Shown here: positions 37,275 to 48,300 of the stretch, in pieces | Layout: every line of letters starts with the position of its first letter | Numbering within the stretch: the first letter of the stretch is position 1 | Assembly: GCA_040218735.1 (NCBI GenBank) | Contig: JAVJQW010000006.1 | Span: 96,001 to 160,000, forward strand | Source of the DNA: Deltaproteobacteria bacterium | GTDB lineage: Bacteria; Myxococcota; Kuafuiibacteriia; Kuafuiibacteriales; Kuafuiibacteriaceae | Length of the DNA stretch: 64,000 nucleotides | Direction of reading: 5' to 3' | Program-made: the position numbers and the translations under genes | The notes under the pieces: generated by a model | Databases searched by the model: none | Told to the model about the DNA's origin: nothing | What the model saw: the letters and a program-made list of their open reading frames with translations, nothing else

Positions 37275-37733
37275 GTGGAGGCGTTGCACCCGGTCGCGAT
37301 TCACCTCCCCATCGCACTGATCCTGCTCGCGCCGATCGTCGACGCGCTCGGACTCTTCACGAACAGCACGCACCTGTCGCGGTTGGCGGTGGGGTTCTAC
37401 GTTGCGATCGTCGTCACAGCGCTGTTCGCCACGGCGACCGGCCAGGCGGCGTTCGACGTCGCGGTCGAGGGGGGCGTCACCGGTGAGCTCCTCAACACCC
37501 ACGCGGACGACGCGAACCTCGTCCCGTGGCTGTCGATCGTGGTGGTGGTGGTGCGTTTCGTCGCACCGCAGAAGCTCGGCCGAGCGGGGCGCTTCGTCGC
37601 CCTCGCGCTGGGCGTGGCGCTGTGGCCGTTCATCTACCTGGTCGGCGACAGTGGGGGAGACCTGGTGTACCAGCACGGCATCGGCGTCCGCCCGGCGGCG
37701 GAACGCACGACGGAAGGTGCGCCCGAACGTTGA
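37275..37733 (+). CDS. DUF2231-like membrane protein
   Basis: LHPVAIHLPIAL...GGDLVYQHG; GTG 37275. Confidence 0.75.
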   Translation: MEALHPVAIHLPIALILLAPIVDALGLFTNSTHLSRLAVGFYVAIVVTALFATATGQAAFDVAVEGGVTGELLNTHADDANLVPWLSIVVVVVRFVAPQKLGRAGRFVALALGVALWPFIYLVGDSGGDLVYQHGIGVRPAAERTTEGAPER

Positions 37734-37766
37734 AGTACCGGGCGTTTATCGGCTAAGCGTACCGTC

Positions 37767-38981
37767 GTGCCCGGGCGGCCCTTCATCCTCGTCGTCGGCC
37801 TGGTGCTGACCGCCGCGCTCTGGGCGCGGACCGCGACGGCGAACGTGGTCGTCTTCCCGCTCGACCCGCGCGGCGTCGCCTACGACACCGCCGACCGCGG
37901 CACGAAGAACATCCTCTCCACGATGCGCGACCTGAAGGGGCTCCGCGTCATCGATCCGAAGACGGTCGCGCGGAAGATCGGCGTCGACCTCACCGAGCAG
38001 GCGAAGAAGTGTGAGTACGACGTCTTCTGCCTGGTCGAGATCGGCGAGATCCTGGAGGGCGACTTCGTCCTCATCGGCCACCTTCGCCAGCAGGGGGAGG
38101 GGGCCGAGCGAAAGCTCGAGCTGAAGCTCATCGTCCTCGACGTCGCGCGCGCGAGCATCACCGAGGTGTTGATCTGGAACGTCTCCGCCAACGAGGAGCG
38201 CGCGCTGGACGACGCGACGAGGACCGCGCCCCGACGTCTGTTCGGGGCGTCCGACGTCAAAGTGGTCTGGAACGTCGAACCCGACGACGCGGAGATCTTC
38301 GTCTACGGCGATCCACTCAAACGACCCAAGCCTGGTGCGCCGGTGCCGTACTGGTCGGGGGTCTATCACGTGCGCCTGGAGCGGGCCGGCTACCACCCGC
38401 TCGATCAGCGCATCCGCATCCCGCAGAAGAAGGCGGGCGTGGTCTCGATCGACATCGAGATGGAGCAGGACCCCCTCTACGTCGCGAAGCGCGAGGCGGG
38501 TGGCGATGTGACGCCGTTCGACAAGTCGTCGCGCCGAGAGGGGAGCGGTGTCTCGGCGCAGGTCGTCGGCGCGCTCCCGGACGACGACCAGGCATCCTCG
38601 GCGCTGGCCAACCCCTTTGCGTGGGCGGCCGTCGGCGTGGGCGTCGCGACCATCGTGGTCGGCTCCGTCGTCATGTCGGGCGCGCAGTCGAAGTACAACG
38701 CGCTCGCGCAGGAGGGGCGGTTCATGATGGGCACCGCCGCGACCGCTTCGATCGCGTCGCGGATGCGCGACGACCACCGCTCGACCTACACGACGGGGAG
38801 TGTGGTGGTCGGCGTCGGTGCCGCGGCGATCGTTGGAGGCATCGTGTGGATGCTCGTCGACGCCGCGCTCGCGGAGGACCCCGAGGAGCAGAGCAGTCGC
38901 ATGACCTCGCTCGACCCGGCGTCGGTGGACCGCGTCGCCGCGGCGTGGGCGCAGTCGCTCTACGGGCGAGGTGGTCCGTGA
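37767..38981 (+). CDS. PEGA-domain protein
   Basis: Signal peptide, C..D..CLVEIG domain, PEGA (VEPDDAEIFVYG..G.YHVRLERAGY), C-terminal hydrophobic hairpin. Confidence 0.7.
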   Translation: MPGRPFILVVGLVLTAALWARTATANVVVFPLDPRGVAYDTADRGTKNILSTMRDLKGLRVIDPKTVARKIGVDLTEQAKKCEYDVFCLVEIGEILEGDFVLIGHLRQQGEGAERKLELKLIVLDVARASITEVLIWNVSANEERALDDATRTAPRRLFGASDVKVVWNVEPDDAEIFVYGDPLKRPKPGAPVPYWSGVYHVRLERAGYHPLDQRIRIPQKKAGVVSIDIEMEQDPLYVAKREAGGDVTPFDKSSRREGSGVSAQVVGALPDDDQASSALANPFAWAAVGVGVATIVVGSVVMSGAQSKYNALAQEGRFMMGTAATASIASRMRDDHRSTYTTGSVVVGVGAAAIVGGIVWMLVDAALAEDPEEQSSRMTSLDPASVDRVAAAWAQSLYGRGGP

Positions 38982-39361
38982 GAAGGCTGTTCCCGATCCT
39001 GTTCCTGCTGCTCGCATCGTGCGGGCTCGGCGAGCGCGACGACTTCATGATCGGTCGTGCGTGCGTCGAGAGCGCGCCGGACCCGTGCGACGAGGGGCAG
39101 GTCTGCCTCCCGCACAGCTTCGACAACAACAACTACGGCGACTTCAGGTGCCGCGACTTCGCGAGCTTCACGAGCATCGCCGGACTCGCCGAGCCACCGC
39201 TCGCCTACTGCGATGGCTCGCGGCACGTGTGCCCGGACGGGCTGGTGTGCCGGCCGGATCGCATCCGCGTCGACGGGGGGCCGCGCCCCAGCGTTTGTAA
39301 GTCGCCGGACGACGTCTTCACGCCCCCGAACTTCGACGCGGGTGTGAGCGGGGGCGACTGA
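38978..39361 (+). CDS. Small Cys-rich lipoprotein
   Basis: GTGA overlap with the upstream stop; MRRLFPILFLLLASC lipobox; 8 further Cys. Confidence 0.7.
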   Translation: MRRLFPILFLLLASCGLGERDDFMIGRACVESAPDPCDEGQVCLPHSFDNNNYGDFRCRDFASFTSIAGLAEPPLAYCDGSRHVCPDGLVCRPDRIRVDGGPRPSVCKSPDDVFTPPNFDAGVSGGD

Positions 39362-39362
39362 C

Positions 39363-40532
39363 TTGTCCGCCTCCGCGCTCCTCCTGGGAGCGGTCCTGAC
39401 CTTCGGCGCGAGCGACGGGACGAAGCTTTCGCTCACGGTCACGCTCACCGAATCGTCGACGCTCGCCTTGGACTGGGGCGGCCTGACCGTGACCTCTACG
39501 GCGCCCGCGCGACGGCACTACTTCCGCGACCTGCCGACGCCGCGCCTGTCGCCGCTCGTCTATCACCTCGACGCACGCGGCGGTCGCATGCTCGAGGAGA
39601 CGGTCAAACCCATTCCCCCCGACGGTCCGCTGCTGGTGGCGCTCTACGGTGACAGCCGCGACGGGGACGGTCCGCACCGTCGCATCGCGCGGACGATCGC
39701 CGACGTGGGGCCGGACGTCGTCGTGCACACCGGCGACGTCATTCACAAGGCGGGGGACGCGGCCGGGTGGGTCAACCACCTCTCCGCGACGCTCCCGATG
39801 ACCTCGGCGTCGCCGCTCGTCTATGCGCTCGGCAACCACGAGCTGTGGCAGTACTGGCGCATCCCCAAGGAGGAGCGGATCGACGCGTACGCGGCGGTGA
39901 TGGCGGAGCTCCCGGCGCCCGAGGATCCGCTCGCGGAGAAACACGGTGCGCCGCCCGGCGTGTACCACGTGCGCGTCGGACCGGCGTTGTTCATCGCGCT
40001 CGACAGCAACCAACCGATCGCGGCGGGGGCGCCGCAGGGCAAGTTCCTCGAAGAGGTCCTCGAGAACGAGCCGGCGCAGTATCGGTTCATCGCGTTGCAC
40101 CACGGTCCGCTCTCGTCAGGACGTCACGGCGGGAGCGAAGCCGGGCCCTACCTCATGGACGTCGCCGATCGGCACGACGTCACCGCGATCCTCGCGGGGC
40201 ACGATCACCTCTACGAGCGCATCGTGCAGCGCGACGTCACGGTGCTCGTGTCGGGCGGCGGTGGGGCGCCGCTGTACCGCCGCTGGCGAACCGTCGACGG
40301 ATCCAAGGCGTTCGTCTCGACCTACCACTGGGTGCGCATGATGCTCGGCGCGGAAGACGCGACGGTCGAAGCCTACGGACTGGAGGGGACGCTGCTCGAT
40401 CGCGCCGCGCTCCCCGCGGCGAAGGAAGGACACGACGGGCGCGCGCCGCTCGGCGTCCTGATCGCCGGGCTCGCGGTTCTGTTCGCGGGGCTCTTGTTCG
40501 CGCTCTACCGGATCGTGTTCAGCGCTCGCTGA
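39363..40532 (+). CDS. Metallophosphoesterase (purple acid phosphatase-like) with C-terminal TM
   Basis: YGDSR, HTGDV, LGNHE, LHHG, AGHDHLYER. Confidence 0.88.
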   Translation: MSASALLLGAVLTFGASDGTKLSLTVTLTESSTLALDWGGLTVTSTAPARRHYFRDLPTPRLSPLVYHLDARGGRMLEETVKPIPPDGPLLVALYGDSRDGDGPHRRIARTIADVGPDVVVHTGDVIHKAGDAAGWVNHLSATLPMTSASPLVYALGNHELWQYWRIPKEERIDAYAAVMAELPAPEDPLAEKHGAPPGVYHVRVGPALFIALDSNQPIAAGAPQGKFLEEVLENEPAQYRFIALHHGPLSSGRHGGSEAGPYLMDVADRHDVTAILAGHDHLYERIVQRDVTVLVSGGGGAPLYRRWRTVDGSKAFVSTYHWVRMMLGAEDATVEAYGLEGTLLDRAALPAAKEGHDGRAPLGVLIAGLAVLFAGLLFALYRIVFSAR

Positions 40533-41661
40533 TCACGAACGGCATGTCGACGATGCGGGACTTCTCGTCGGTGCGCACGCGGATCCGCCGCGACGCGTGG
40601 CCATCCAGCTGAAGCTCGAGCTCGACGAACGGGAGATCGGCGGACACCACGAGGTCGTAGGGGGCGGTGGCGATGACACCACTGACGCCGACGCGACGAA
40701 TCGCCGCGCCCGCCGGGCGGGAGATGATCTTGATGACCGACCACTGCCCCGACGGCTCGTGGTGCACCCCCGAGAAGCTCGCTTCGCCGAACTCGTCTTC
40801 CTCCTCGAAGCTCGTGCAGTCCTGTTCGGGCACGAGCGGGGACAGCGCGAGGCGGACGTCGTCGAGGGTGGGGCGCTGCTCGGGGTCGGTCGAGACACAC
40901 CGGTTGATGAGGTCCGTGAGCGTCTGCGCGTAGGGCACCGCCGGGAGCCCGACGGCCACCGCCCGCCCGCGGTCCGAGGTCTCCGCGTAGAGCTGCCGGC
41001 CGGTGAGTATCTCGTAGAGGATCTCACCCACGGCGTAGACGTCGGCGGCGGTGGACGCGTTCGGCCGCCCGAACTGCTCCGGGGCCAGGTACGCGAGGTC
41101 GCCGTGGGGGCGCGTCGAGTCCGGGGCGATGCGCCCCGCGATGTGGGAGAAGCCGAACCCGGTGATCAGCGTGCGCGGCGCGGTCGAAGCGTCCGGGTCG
41201 ATCGGTTCCGCGGCGAAGACGTTCGATGGCGTGAGGTTTCCGTGGACCACGCCGGATTGGTGGCAGGCGCGCAGGCCGTGCACGAGCTGACAGACGAGGG
41301 CCAGCGCGGTCTCGGGGGTCACGCCTTCGCGTGCGATCTGATGGAACGACGGCCCCTCCACGAAGGGGGTCACGAGCGCGACCTGGCGGGGCTCGCCCTC
41401 GTCGACGACCTCGACGAGGTCCACCACGTTCGGGTGCCGAAGGTCGTTGGCGAAGCGCGCCTCGTGGATCGACCGCTCCAGCAGCGCCGGGGTATCGACG
41501 ACGTGCCGGGCGAGGACCCGAACACAGCAGGAGTTCCCTCCTTCCGCGTGCGTACCGAGGTAGACCTGACCGAGGCGGTCGACGTCCAGGATGGCCTGCA
41601 GGCGGTAGGCCCCTACGGCTTCGAGCCGAAGCGCGGGGTCCAGGGAGTCAGAGTGCGCCAC
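40519..41661 (-). CDS. Ser/Thr kinase-fold protein with degenerate catalytic motifs (pseudokinase)
   Basis: HPNVV, VHGNLTPSN, ITGFG, YLAPEQ, ADVYAVG, DPEQRP; start GTG 41661. Confidence 0.75.
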   Translation of the reverse strand: MAHSDSLDPALRLEAVGAYRLQAILDVDRLGQVYLGTHAEGGNSCCVRVLARHVVDTPALLERSIHEARFANDLRHPNVVDLVEVVDEGEPRQVALVTPFVEGPSFHQIAREGVTPETALALVCQLVHGLRACHQSGVVHGNLTPSNVFAAEPIDPDASTAPRTLITGFGFSHIAGRIAPDSTRPHGDLAYLAPEQFGRPNASTAADVYAVGEILYEILTGRQLYAETSDRGRAVAVGLPAVPYAQTLTDLINRCVSTDPEQRPTLDDVRLALSPLVPEQDCTSFEEEDEFGEASFSGVHHEPSGQWSVIKIISRPAGAAIRRVGVSGVIATAPYDLVVSADLPFVELELQLDGHASRRIRVRTDEKSRIVDMPFVISER

Positions 41662-41817
41662 CAGGTGACTGTAGCCCAAACGGATGGGGGGCGCCGCAGC
41701 CGCGCGGCGCGTGTCTCGACTCGATCCGTCCACGCCGAGTACGCGTTCGAGGACGAGACACGGCGGGGGTCGGAAGGTGGGTTGCAGGCCGACCTCGTTC
41801 GGCGTTACGTCAGCCCC

Positions 41818-42372
41818 GTGCTTCGCGTTGGGGTGATAGGGCTGATGCTCACGCTCTGCTCGTGTGTGTCGGGCGCCGGCACCGCGGCGAAGCCGACGGC
41901 GCTCGAACGACAACTCCTCGGCGCGTACGAAGAGCTCGACGACTCCCTCGCATCGGTCGCGTCCGTACGTGCAGAGAATGCACCTGCAGGTCGCTCCTTC
42001 ACGCAGATGGAAGCGCTCGCGATCGACGCTCGGGCCACCCAGCGTTTCAACGCGGACGACCTCGCCGAGCTGAAGGACGCGGGCTGTATCGCGGAGACGC
42101 GCGCCGCGAAGGTGATCGTTCGCGACTGCTCCATCGCGAGCGAGGGGGCCGTGCAGCGGAGGTTGGGGCGCGTCGTCGAGGAGGAGAACCGAGCCCGCCG
42201 CGACATCGTGACGTGGGCGGCGTACGCGTTCGCGCGGCGCGACGGACGCCCGAGCCCGTCCGCCGAAGAGGTCGAAGCGCTGCGTCAGGCCTACCGACGC
42301 CTCCAGTACGAATCCGCGCGCGCGGGGCACGTCATCGAGGACGAGGCCGGTGCGTTCGTCCGAGTGAAATAA
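41818..42372 (+). CDS. DUF1318/YdbL-like lipoprotein
   Basis: LTLCSC lipobox, TALERQLLG, LKDAGCIAE, VEEENRAR, ARAGHVIE..G; GTG 41818. Confidence 0.7.
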   Translation: MLRVGVIGLMLTLCSCVSGAGTAAKPTALERQLLGAYEELDDSLASVASVRAENAPAGRSFTQMEALAIDARATQRFNADDLAELKDAGCIAETRAAKVIVRDCSIASEGAVQRRLGRVVEEENRARRDIVTWAAYAFARRDGRPSPSAEEVEALRQAYRRLQYESARAGHVIEDEAGAFVRVK

Positions 42373-45300
42373 GTGCGAGTCGCGGCCGGAACGCTCGCGC
42401 TGGTGCTGCTGTCGTGCGGCGGCGTCGACATCCCGCGCCCGACCATCCCGGAGGCGGAGCTCGAAGGGCTGCGTACCGGCACCCTCGTCGCGTTCACGCC
42501 GGAAGACGATCTGCTGCCGAGTGTCTCGTCCGACGGGCGCTACGTCCTGTTCGCGAGTGAGCAGAACGGAAACCTCGACGTCTGGGTGCGCGACTTCGGA
42601 CGCCACTCGACGTACCCCATCACCAAGGAGAGCTCCGCGGACGACTTCGATCCGAAGATCTCCCCCGACGGTCGCCGCATGGCGTTCGTGACGCGACGCC
42701 TCGACGCGAAGGGCGACATCTTCATCTCCGACTCCAACGACGAGAGCGACCTCGAGCGCATCACCGACGAACGCACGCACGACCGTCAGCCCGCGTGGGC
42801 GCCGAACGGCGAGACGATTTACTTCACGGCCGCGCTCGGTATCGCGCGGGAACACATCGCGAAGGTCGACATCGATTCGAAGAAGGTCGACCGTGTGTCA
42901 CCGGGGCCCGGCTTCGATCCCGCCGTGTCGCCGGACGGGCGCTACCTCGTCTACACCCAGCCCGAGCGTCATCCGCGGTTGGTCGCGCTCGAGCTGGCGT
43001 CGGGGTCGACCGTCGCGCTCACGATCGGGGAGGCGCCGGAGGGGTTCGCGGCGTTCGTTCCGCCGTCGGCGCTCGAGGAGGGGGTGAAGGCCGGGTTGCT
43101 CTACGTTCGGTTCCCGGACGACGACAACGGTGACGGCATCCTCGACGCCGCGGACCACGGGAGCATCTGGCGCATCGACGTGGACCTGCCCGCGTTGTTC
43201 GCGGGTGGGTCGGACGCGGTGTCGCGCCCGCGTCCTCTGACGGACGGGAGCGACGACGAGCTGTTCCCCAACGCGGGTGACGGGTGGCTCTACGTTACGC
43301 GCGGCTCGGTGCAGCAGGACATCGTGCGCTTCCCGATCGACGGGATGTTCCCGCCGTACGAGGACCCGGCCCAGTACCTCGCGCTCGCGAAGACGGTCGA
43401 GGACCCGCGCACACGTTGGTTCGTGTACCGGCTCGCGGAGGCGCGCACGGACGACACCCTCCTCGGCGCGCAGATCGCGCTGAACATCGCGAACCTCCAC
43501 CTCGCGGCTTCGCGCGACGACCTCGCGCGGCCCGCGTTCGAACGGGTCTTCGTGTACACGCGCCGCGCGACGGCCGACACCCCGCGCGCACAGCTCGCGG
43601 GGCTCGCGCGGACGGAGCTCGCGGCGATCGAACACCGGCGCCGGGTCGCGGCGGGAGACGATCTCACGAACGTCATCGAGCGCACCGAGAAGACGCTGCT
43701 GAAGATCCGCGCGGACTGCGCGTGGTCCGAGCGCGTCGTCGCGCGTGTGAACCTCGAGCTCGCGGAGCTCCTCGTGGCGCGCGGTCATCGGGTGCTCGCG
43801 ATCGAGGCGTTCGATCGTGTGATCGCGGAGCACCCCGAGCAGACCTACTCGGCGGCGCGGGCGGCGCTGCGGCGCATCGAGCTGCTGCAGATCGCCCACG
43901 ACCCACCGGCGATCGGCGAGGCCTACCGGCGGGTGTTGGAGCAGTGGCCGGACCAGGTGGAGATCGTGAACGAGGCGTCGAGGCGCATCGTCGCTGCGCA
44001 CCTGGAGGACCTCGTGGTCGGCGACGACTGGAAGGATCAAGTCGACGCGCTGAGGCGAATCATCCCGAGGTTCGGCGCTTCGCCGGTACGTCGCGAAGCG
44101 CGCTGGCAGTTGGCCCGTCTCCTCGAGGAGCACGGCGCGCTCGACTCGGCCGCGCTCGAGTATCGCCAGATCGTCGCCGCCGCGAAGAAGGACCGACTCT
44201 CGGGCGCGCGGGGGATGGTGCGGCTCCACACGATCAACGAGCGCCGCGGCGCGCGAGACGAGGCGTCGCGCGGGTGGCGCGAGCTGCGGAGTCGGTTCAG
44301 CGATCTCCCCGGGTACGGCGCGCTCGCGCGCGAGGCGATCACCCGCGTGGATCTGGAGCGCGCGCAGGCGGAGGAAGAAGACGACAACCTCACGGCCGCG
44401 CTCGCCGCTTACAAGAACGTGATCGACAACGACCTCACGCAGGTGAAGGCGCACCGGCGTTACCTCGCGCTGTCGGCGCAGGTCGGTCGGATCGACGAGG
44501 CGCTCGCGGAGGCCAAGGCGCGCGCGGAGGCGTCCGCCGGGACCCCGATCGCGAGGTACGCCTACGGGCTCGCGCTGACGTGGGCGGACCCGCCGAAGCT
44601 CGACGACGCGTGGGACGAGATCGCGGAGGCGATTCGCCTGAACCCGCAGCTCCCGAACGCGTACGTCACGCGCGGGTGGATCCGCGAGCGGCGGGAGCGG
44701 TCGCCCTCGACGATCAAGGTGATCATCCGCGAGGTCACGCAGCGGATCGGACAGATGGTCGGCGGGTTCCTCGACGTGGAGATCGGTCAGCAGGGGGAGC
44801 TCGAGCTCGCGCTGGAGGACTACAAGACGGCGCTCCGCCTCAACCCGGAGTCGACGGCGCCGGAGGCGGAGGCGGAGATCCTCCTCAACCTCGGCAACGC
44901 ACACTACCTGCTCGCGGAGACGACACAGGACGTCGCGAACATGCGGCTCGCGTTCGACCGGTACGTCGAGATGTGGCGCCTCGGGTACGCGTTCTACGAG
45001 CCGATCGTCGAGGCGATCTTCTGGGAGCGCTTCGGGCGCAGCGCGATCTGGGCGGACGAGCCGGCGCTCTCCGCGATGGCCACGCGGCGGGCGATCCAGT
45101 TCGCGAAGAAACACGATCTCGATTCGCGGCTCGCGCAGCTGTACGGCAACCTCGCGCTGGCCTACGCGAACGCCGGCGAAGACGCCTACGCCGAGGCGGC
45201 GCTCGCCGAGTTCGACAGCGCGCTGACCAAGCGCAAGATCGAGGAGCGCGTCATCATCGCCGTGCGCAACCGGGCGCGGTCGCGGCTCGCTACGATCGAG

Positions 45301-48300
45301 GCGCGCTCGACCGAGTCCCTCGACGAGGTGCTGCGCGCGCTGCGGAAGTCGCGGCACCTCCTCGCGAAGGAGAAGAGCACTGGGCGACAGACGCCGGATC
45401 TGTGGCGCGGCGCGATCGCGAACTACACGAGCGCGCAGTACGGGTTCCGAGCGGAGGGGGAGCTCGACCTCAACCTCGCCCTCGCCGAGATCACCCACCA
45501 GGCGCACGGGGAGACCTCGCGCGTGCGTGCGCTGCGTGAGGCGCGCCTCGACGTCACGTCGCACATCCTCGAGACGATCCCCACGAAGCTGATGATCGAT
45601 ACGGAGCCCGTCGCGCTCACGCAGGCGCGGGAGCGCATCGGTCTGGTGGCGAGTCGAGCGCGCGCCCTCTTGGAGCGCGGGGACCCGGAGGCGATCACGG
45701 CCTACGACGCGGCGCTCGCGGAGGTGGATCGGTGGTACGAGGACGGTCGCCTCGCGCTGGACCGCCCGGCGCTCGCAGTGGATCGCGGGCGGGTGCTCGC
45801 GGCGCGGGTCGAGGCGAAGCTTCGGTTGGGGTTGCCGATCGCGGACGAGGCCGCGGGGCTCGAGGCGGCGCGGACGAAGATCCTGGAGGACCTCTCGGGC
45901 ACGGCGAGCGCGACGACCGGCGCGTTGCTCCTGACGAGCGAGCTGCTCGAAACACTCCCGAGCGCGCTGACCTCGACGGGCGCGTTGGCGCAGACCTCTT
46001 CGATCGCGATGCACGCGCCGCTCCTCGGCCGCGCGTTCCTCGACGCGCGCGCCGTGCGCGCGCGGTTGTCGCACGCGCTCGGGCTGGTGCAGGTCGACGC
46101 CGTTCACCGCGGGCTCCGCGGCGCGGCGGATCTCGACGGCGCGCTCGCGAGCCTCGACGCGGCGTCGCGCGAGGGGATGCGGGCGGCGCACGAACGCTTC
46201 GACCTCGCGGCGCGGGAAGCCGCCGGAGCGGGGCCCGGGCTCGGCGGGACGGTCGTCGTCGCGGCCCTCACGGCGCTCGCCCGGACCGCGCGAGCTCAAC
46301 CCGACCAGCGGGTGATGTCGGCGGCGTTCGCCGCCGAGGCTCAGGCGATCGCAAAACGGATCGGGCGGCCGGATCTCGAGGCGGGGGTGTTGCTCACGGA
46401 CGCGTGGACGCGGACCGCGACGCACGCGCGCACGATCGATACGCAGCTTCGCGCGCGCGGACCGCACGTCTACCTGAACGCGCGCGACGCCTACGAGCGT
46501 CTGCTGGAGCGGGTCGTCGGGCTCGCGGTCGCGCAGTCCAAGACCAACGCGGCCTTCGCGGCGGTGGATCGGATGCTCCTCGTGCACACGGCCTCCGGCG
46601 TGGGCGTGCAGCTGTCGAACGCGACGTCGTCGAGCGATCGCGCCGCGTCGACGCGATACCGTCGGTTCCTAGACCGCCTCACCCAGCTCCGGGGGGAGCT
46701 CGCCTCGACGGATCTGACGACGTCGGTCGACGACCACGCAGCGCTCCTCTCGCGCATCAACGACACGATGGAGGCGCTCGCCGAATTCGAGGAGCTCGCG
46801 GTCGCGGACTACTCCGAGGCCGGTTACCTGCGCACGTTCCGGTTGCCGCAGGACCCGGACTTCGTCGCGGCGGACCTCACGCCGCGCCAGATCGTCATCG
46901 CGCCGTTTTCACTCGAAGGCCGCGTGCACCTCGCGCTCGTCGACGGGTCAACGACGGCGCCGCAGCTGGCGATCACGCCGACGGACGTCGCGTTCGAGGA
47001 CGCGAAGGCCGCGCTTGCTGCGCTGCGGGTGGGGCTGCAGAGCGGGTACGCCGACTCGGCTTCGGTCGAGGTGCTCCAGGCCGCGCTGGTCACGCCGATC
47101 GCGGCGCGCCTGAAGAACAAACGGCACGTCGTGTTTGCGTCGGCGCTCCTCGGCGGCCCGATCCCGGGCGTGGTGTTGCCGAAGGCGGCGCTGACGCACG
47201 TGAGCGCGCCCTCCGCGCTGGCGCAGGCGGCGTTGGCGCAGGTGGTCGGCGTCGAGGGGCAGATCGTCGTGGCGACGGACCCTGGGGCTCCGCTCGTCGA
47301 CGGGCGTGTCCTCGACCCGAGACAGACCGCCGCGTTCCGCGCGACGAAGAACAAGGAAGATCTTCAGCTCGGGGCGCAGCGCTCGCTCGACGAGCGCTCC
47401 GCCGTCGAGCGGCTCGCGGCGCGGGCGGTCGACGCGGTCGTCGTCGATGCACCGGTGATCCTCGAACCGAACGCGCCGGAGCGAGCGGCGCTCTCCGTCG
47501 GAACCGCGACCTCCGCCGATGGCGACTACGGGACCCCGATCGCGGACCGCTTCTCCGAGGAGGTCCCGCTCACGGAGCTGGATCTCCCGTCGCGGGTGCT
47601 GGTGCTCGGACGGGTGACGGAACGCGACCTCGGGGGCGCGGCGTACCCCGCGGATGCGTTGCTGAGCCTGGACCTGACGCTGGCCATGAACGGCCACGCG
47701 ACCACGCTGATCGTGCCGGAGCGTGTGCCCCGGCCGGTGGCGCGGCGGGTGGTGCAGCGGTTCCTCGATCGCGCGAAGACCCAGTCGTACGCGTACGCGC
47801 TCGCGGCGACGTTGCGTGAGGAGCGTGCGTCGGCGCCGCAGGTCGATCTGATCGCGCTGGTCGGTGCGCCGGGCCTCGATGCCCAGGGCCAGCGCGCCTA
47901 CGCGAAGAGGAACGTCACGAAGGCGCGCCGGTACGCGATCGATCGCCTGAAGAACAAACGCTACGAGGAGGTCGTCCCGGCGCTCGAACGCTGGATCCGG
48001 CTGCAGTTCTCCGCGCGCGCGCCCAAGTACGTGAAGTCGGCGTACCTCGCGTTGGTCGGTGTGTTGAGCGAGACCCTCGAAGAACACGCGCGCGCCGCGG
48101 ACGCGATGGAGCAGCTCGTCGAGTTCATGGCGAGCAAGAAGGGCGGCAAGAAGGAGCGCCGGCAGGTCGCGGACGCGCGCGTCGACCTCGCGTACCTCTA
48201 CTCGCGCGCGCACGACTACGTGAAGGCCGAGCAGACCTTCGCCGGTGCGATCGAAGAGCTGGAGGCGCTGGGGCAGCGGGACGGCGTCGCGCGTGCGTGG

